In this document: one piece after another, positions 45,333 through 48,981 of the stretch
Numbering within the stretch: position 1 is the first letter of the stretch
Layout of the letters: every line of letters starts with the position of its first letter
Source: Gemmatimonadaceae bacterium
GTDB lineage: Bacteria; Gemmatimonadota; Gemmatimonadetes; Gemmatimonadales; Gemmatimonadaceae
Direction: 5' to 3'
Assembly (NCBI GenBank): GCA_051002815.1
Contig: JBPCLX010000251.1
Location: forward strand, 1 to 48,981
Length of the DNA stretch: 48,981 nucleotides
Notes under the pieces: model-generated
The model's input: only the letters and a program-made list of their open reading frames with translations
What the model was told of the DNA's origin: nothing
The model's database searches: none
Position numbers and translations under genes: made by a program

Positions 45333-46988
45333 ATGTCCATTCGCAATCGCGTACTCATCATTCTCGCCCTCATCGCCATTTCCGTCTACGCGCTCTTTCC
45401 GCGCGACGTGAGTGTGCGCGTGAGGCACGCTGACGGCTCGTTCCGTGATACCACGATCCGGCGCGTCCCGCTCAAGAAGGGACTGGATCTGAGCGGGGGG
45501 ATGCATCTGGCCCTCGAGATCGATGAGGCGCAGGGTACGGTCGCCGACAGAGAGGATGCGATCGATCGCGCGCTCAAGGTCGTGCGAACCCGTATCGATG
45601 AGTTCGGAGTCTCGGAGCCGGTGGTGCAGAAGGTCGGAACCGACCGGATCATCGTCGAACTTCCGGGGATTGAAGATCGGGAGCGCGCCGAGGCGCTCGT
45701 AAAGCGGTCGGCATTCCTTCAGTTCCAGATGACCGACGAGACCAGGGCGCTCGAGCGATCGCTTCCGCGCATCGATCGCATTCTTCGGGATCTGGGTGAA
45801 GGAACACGTGTGGCGACTGCGAGTGGTGATACCGCTTCGCGTTTGGCGCTGGACCAGCTCTTCACCACCGACAGCGCAGCTCCCGGGGACACCACCGCCG
45901 CCGCCGATACGGCAGAAACCGATCTGGTGTTAGGTGCGGATGGCGCGCTTTCCAGCCTCATTCAGCCGACCGGGTTACCCGGCGAGTACGCGGTCCCCGA
46001 GGAGAACATCGGGAACGTGCGGCGCTACTTCAGTCTGCCGGCGGTGCAGGCTGCCCTCCCGCCTGGCAAGGTCGTGCGCTTCGGCGCCGAGGGCGACGCG
46101 GCGACGCAGCCCGGGTTCAGAACTTTCTACGTGCTCGACGCCCGGCCGATCATAACGGGTGAGTATCTCACCGACGCGCGTCCGATCACCGATCCGATCG
46201 AGGGGAACGTCGTCTCTTTCGAGTTGAACAATCAGGGGGGACGACGCTTCCGGGCGGAGACGCAGCGTCACATCGGCGATTACATGGCGATCGTGCTCGA
46301 CGATGTCGTGCAGGGTCAGCCACCGGTGATCCGTGGAGCGATCGGCACCCGTGGGCAGATCACAATGTCCGGCAAGCCATTGCAGGCAGCGCAGGACCTG
46401 GCGCTCGTGCTCCGGGCCGGCGCGCTTCCGGTAAAGCTGCAGGTCGTCGAGTCGCGGACGATTGGACCCAGCCTTGGCGAGGACGCGATTCGCCAGGGAT
46501 TGTCTGCTGGTCTTCTGTCGATCGCGCTCGTAGTTGGAATAATGATGGTCTACTACAAGTTCTCCGGGTTTCTCGCGGTTTGTGGTCTGGCCTTCTACGG
46601 CCTGACGACGCTTGCGATCCTGGCGGGATTCGATGCGGTGCTCACCCTTCCGGGCCTCGCCGGATTCGTGCTCTCGATCGGAATGGCGGTCGATTCAAAC
46701 TTCCTGATCTTCGAACGTATCCGGGAGGAGCTGGATGCGGGCAAGACGGTTCGCCGGGCGATCGATGGGGGATTCGACCAGGCGTGGAGCGCGATCGTCG
46801 ATACCCACGTGACCACTGCCCTCACGGCGGCAATTCTCTACCAGTTCGGAACCGGACCGGTGCGGGGGTTTGCCGTCGCCCTGCTCGCCGGACTCGCCGC
46901 GTCGCTGGTGAGCGCGATCTTCGTCGTAAGAACCCTGTTCCTCATCTGGCTTCAGCGTTCGCGTGAAGCCCAATCGCTGAGCATCTAA
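45333..46988 (+). CDS. secD: Protein translocase subunit SecD
   Basis: N-terminal TM, LGLDLSGGMHLALE, a periplasmic P1 domain, and a C-terminal six-TM bundle carrying the AVDSNFLIFERIREE motif. Confidence 0.95.
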   Translation: MSIRNRVLIILALIAISVYALFPRDVSVRVRHADGSFRDTTIRRVPLKKGLDLSGGMHLALEIDEAQGTVADREDAIDRALKVVRTRIDEFGVSEPVVQKVGTDRIIVELPGIEDRERAEALVKRSAFLQFQMTDETRALERSLPRIDRILRDLGEGTRVATASGDTASRLALDQLFTTDSAAPGDTTAAADTAETDLVLGADGALSSLIQPTGLPGEYAVPEENIGNVRRYFSLPAVQAALPPGKVVRFGAEGDAATQPGFRTFYVLDARPIITGEYLTDARPITDPIEGNVVSFELNNQGGRRFRAETQRHIGDYMAIVLDDVVQGQPPVIRGAIGTRGQITMSGKPLQAAQDLALVLRAGALPVKLQVVESRTIGPSLGEDAIRQGLSAGLLSIALVVGIMMVYYKFSGFLAVCGLAFYGLTTLAILAGFDAVLTLPGLAGFVLSIGMAVDSNFLIFERIREELDAGKTVRRAIDGGFDQAWSAIVDTHVTTALTAAILYQFGTGPVRGFAVALLAGLAASLVSAIFVVRTLFLIWLQRSREAQSLSI

Positions 46989-47989
46989 TGCTGCGCATTC
47001 TCCACAACACGAAGATCGACTTCCTCAGCCGCTGGCGCACCGCGGCACTGGTGGTGGTCCTGTTCATCATTCCCGCGCTGGTGCTGCTGCCGATTCGTGG
47101 GTTCAACTACAGCATCGAGTTCACCGGCGGCACGCTGATGCAGGTGCAGTTTCGGCAGGCACCCGATATCGCCGATGTACGGAGCGCGCTGGCCGATGCC
47201 GGTCTGCCAGGGGTGGAAATTTCGACCTTCGGCAGCCCAAGCGAGCTGGTGATACGCGCCCAGGAAGAAGAGCACGTCGCTCAGCAGACGGGCGGAGCCG
47301 AGACGGTGGCGACCAGAATCACGAGCGTCCTCACCGAGCGGTTCGGCGAGGGCGAGCTGAACGTCCTGCGTACCGAGGCGGTCGGACCTAAGGTTGGTTC
47401 GGAGCTGCGGCGTCAGGCAGCGGTCGCGCTGCTCATTGCGTTCGCCCTGACGCTGATCTATCTGGCCTGGCGGTTCGAATGGCGGTTCGGCCTGGCCGCT
47501 GTGCTGGCCACCGTGCACGACATCGTGGCCACGATCGCATTCATGCAGTACATGAATCTCGAGATCTCCCTGTTCGTCGTCGGAGCGATACTCACCGTGG
47601 TGGGTTACTCCATGAACGATACGGTCGTGGTGTTCGATCGCGTTCGAGAGAACCTTCGGAGCGATCACCGGTCATCTCTGCGAGATCTGCTCAACCGCTC
47701 GGTCAACGAGACGCTGCCTCGAACGGTCATGACCGGCACGACGACGCTCGCCTCGCTGCTCGCCCTGCTTGTGTTCGGCGGCGCAGTCATTCGTCCGTTC
47801 GCGTGGGTGATGTCGTTCGGCATCATCGTCGGCACATTCAGCTCGATCTACGTCGCCAGCCCCCTTCTCCTGTTGATCGAGAACAAGTGGTCGCGCCGGG
47901 CCGGCGAGGCCACGGCCAAGGGTAAGCCGCGAGTGCCCCGGGAGGATCCGTCGGCCGTGCGGTCGAAGGAGCCCGCCGGCGCGCGGTGA
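46988..47989 (+). CDS. secF: Protein translocase subunit SecF
   Basis: GFNYSIEFTGGTLMQV, GYSMNDTVVVFDRVREN, and the position directly after secD. Confidence 0.95.
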   Translation: MLRILHNTKIDFLSRWRTAALVVVLFIIPALVLLPIRGFNYSIEFTGGTLMQVQFRQAPDIADVRSALADAGLPGVEISTFGSPSELVIRAQEEEHVAQQTGGAETVATRITSVLTERFGEGELNVLRTEAVGPKVGSELRRQAAVALLIAFALTLIYLAWRFEWRFGLAAVLATVHDIVATIAFMQYMNLEISLFVVGAILTVVGYSMNDTVVVFDRVRENLRSDHRSSLRDLLNRSVNETLPRTVMTGTTTLASLLALLVFGGAVIRPFAWVMSFGIIVGTFSSIYVASPLLLLIENKWSRRAGEATAKGKPRVPREDPSAVRSKEPAGAR

Positions 47990-47999
47990 TTCGGCCGAA

Positions 48000-48800
48000 G
48001 TGCCACCGGCATTTATTGATAGTCACGCGCATCTGGCCGATCCGGCATTTGACGGCGATCGCGAAGATGTGATCGCGCGCGCTCGTTCGGCGGGCGCGCG
48101 GGGGATCGTGTGCATCGGCGAATCGCTGGATGCGGCCGGGCGAGCCGAGGCTATCGCCGGCGCGCATCCGGGGTTCGTATGGTGGACCGCCGGCGTGCAC
48201 CCGCACGACGCGATGGTCTTCGACGGCGCGCGCGACGTACCGGCCATAGCGGCGCACCTCGACCGGGGCGCGGTGGCGGTGGGCGAATGCGGTCTGGACT
48301 ACCATTACGAATTTTCGCCGCGGACCCGCCAGCGTGACGCGTTCTCCGGGCAACTGGCTCTTGCGAAGGAGCGTGACGCACCGGTCGTCGTTCACACGCG
48401 GGAAGCGGAGGACGATACGGGAGCGATGATCGCCGAGGCCGGAGCCAGCGGAATACGCGGAGTGCTGCACTGCTTCACGGGGTCGGCCGAGCTTGCGCGC
48501 AAGGGCCTCGACGCCGGCTGGATGATCTCGTTCAGTGGAATCATCACCTTCCGGAAGTGGACCGATGACGCGTTGCTGCGGCTGGTGCCTGACGACCTCC
48601 TGCTTGTCGAGTCCGACGCCCCGTACCTGTCTCCGGCACCTCACCGCGGCAAGCGAAACGAATCCGCGTGGGTCGTCCGCACCATCGACCGTCTTGCCGC
48701 GGCGCGAGGAGTGGACGCGCGCACCCTCGGACGGCAGACCGCCGACAACGCAGCACGTTTGTTCGGGCTGGCGATCGATAGTGGATCGGAGATACCTTAG
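48000..48800 (+). CDS. tatD: TatD-family metal-dependent hydrolase
   Basis: FIDSHAHL, GECGLDYHY, VVHTREA, LHCFTG and VESDAPYL motifs. GTG start. Confidence 0.92.
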   Translation: MPPAFIDSHAHLADPAFDGDREDVIARARSAGARGIVCIGESLDAAGRAEAIAGAHPGFVWWTAGVHPHDAMVFDGARDVPAIAAHLDRGAVAVGECGLDYHYEFSPRTRQRDAFSGQLALAKERDAPVVVHTREAEDDTGAMIAEAGASGIRGVLHCFTGSAELARKGLDAGWMISFSGIITFRKWTDDALLRLVPDDLLLVESDAPYLSPAPHRGKRNESAWVVRTIDRLAAARGVDARTLGRQTADNAARLFGLAIDSGSEIP

Positions 48801-48884
48801 CCCCCGGTGCCCCCTCCCGCGAAGTCGTTTTTCATCATCACAAGCGGCGATCCCAGTCATCGCCTTCACAACCAGGAGAGCAGA

Positions 48885-48981
48885 GTGAGTCTCACGCAAG
48901 TCCAGACCGCCAATGCCCCAGCCGCGATCGGCCCTTACTCGCAAGGCATTGTCGCCGCGGGATTCCTCTTTACCGCCGGTC
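48885..48981 (+). CDS. ridA: RidA/YjgF-family reactive intermediate deaminase (5' fragment, truncated by the window end)
   Basis: Hand translation gives VSLTQVQTANAPAAIGPYSQGIVAAGFLFTAG, the canonical RidA N-terminus (AP.AIGPYSQ). AGGAGAG Shine-Dalgarno about 6 nt upstream of the GTG. Not in the ORF track because it is open-ended. Confidence 0.75.
   Translation, partial: MSLTQVQTANAPAAIGPYSQGIVAAGFLFTAG

Noticed and set aside
48808-48820. 13-mer TGCCCCCTCCCGC just after tatD, identical to 37605-37617 after pgeF
   Set aside because: A back-of-envelope estimate for this base composition predicts many chance 13-nt identities in a 49-kb window. There is no heptad structure or extended similarity around the tatD copy, so there is not enough to call a repeat family.

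Overview
This is a high-GC bacterial chromosomal window (roughly two-thirds G+C by eye). I call 50 protein-coding genes, and almost all are housekeeping. I found no rRNA, tRNA, CRISPR array, transposase, integrase or recognisable defence gene.

Gene order:
- rpsT (-)
- M50 protease, scpA, scpB, rluB-type pseudouridine synthase
- a six-gene MoxR/DUF58/vWA 'Bat-like' operon
- mutL, miaA, bshA, UbiA-type prenyltransferase, uppP, birA, coaX
- CIRCE-controlled groES-groEL
- a minus-strand five-gene operon: Roadblock/LC7, CheY-like receiver, manC-like, LbH sugar nucleotidyltransferase, MBL hydrolase
- lipoprotein, serS, orphan histidine kinase, uvrD/pcrA, gatCAB
- a minus-strand cluster: zinc phospholipase-C-like, YtxH-like, DUF948, P-II-like
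- murA, pgeF
- rimP, nusA, L7Ae-like, infB, DUF503, rbfA, truB, ribF, secD, secF, tatD, and the 5' end of ridA

The gene content (Bat operon, BshA, alt-GlmU-like LbH protein, short UbiA enzyme) together with the GC level suggests an FCB-group or Gemmatimonadota-like organism. That is inference only.

No clear-cut novel system is visible. The best leads:
1. Mirror-image arrays of 7-nt-periodic GGG/CCC tracts sit exactly at the moxR-DUF58 junction, and a second GATTCCC heptad copy sits at the pgeF 3' end.
2. The Bat-like operon has BatB+BatC and BatD+BatE fusions plus an extra short BatD paralogue.
3. A Roadblock/receiver pair is translationally coupled to nucleotide-sugar genes with no GTPase partner.
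4. MurA has Asp in place of the fosfomycin-target Cys.

Many long reverse-strand ORFs in the track are GC-driven shadow ORFs, and I rejected them.
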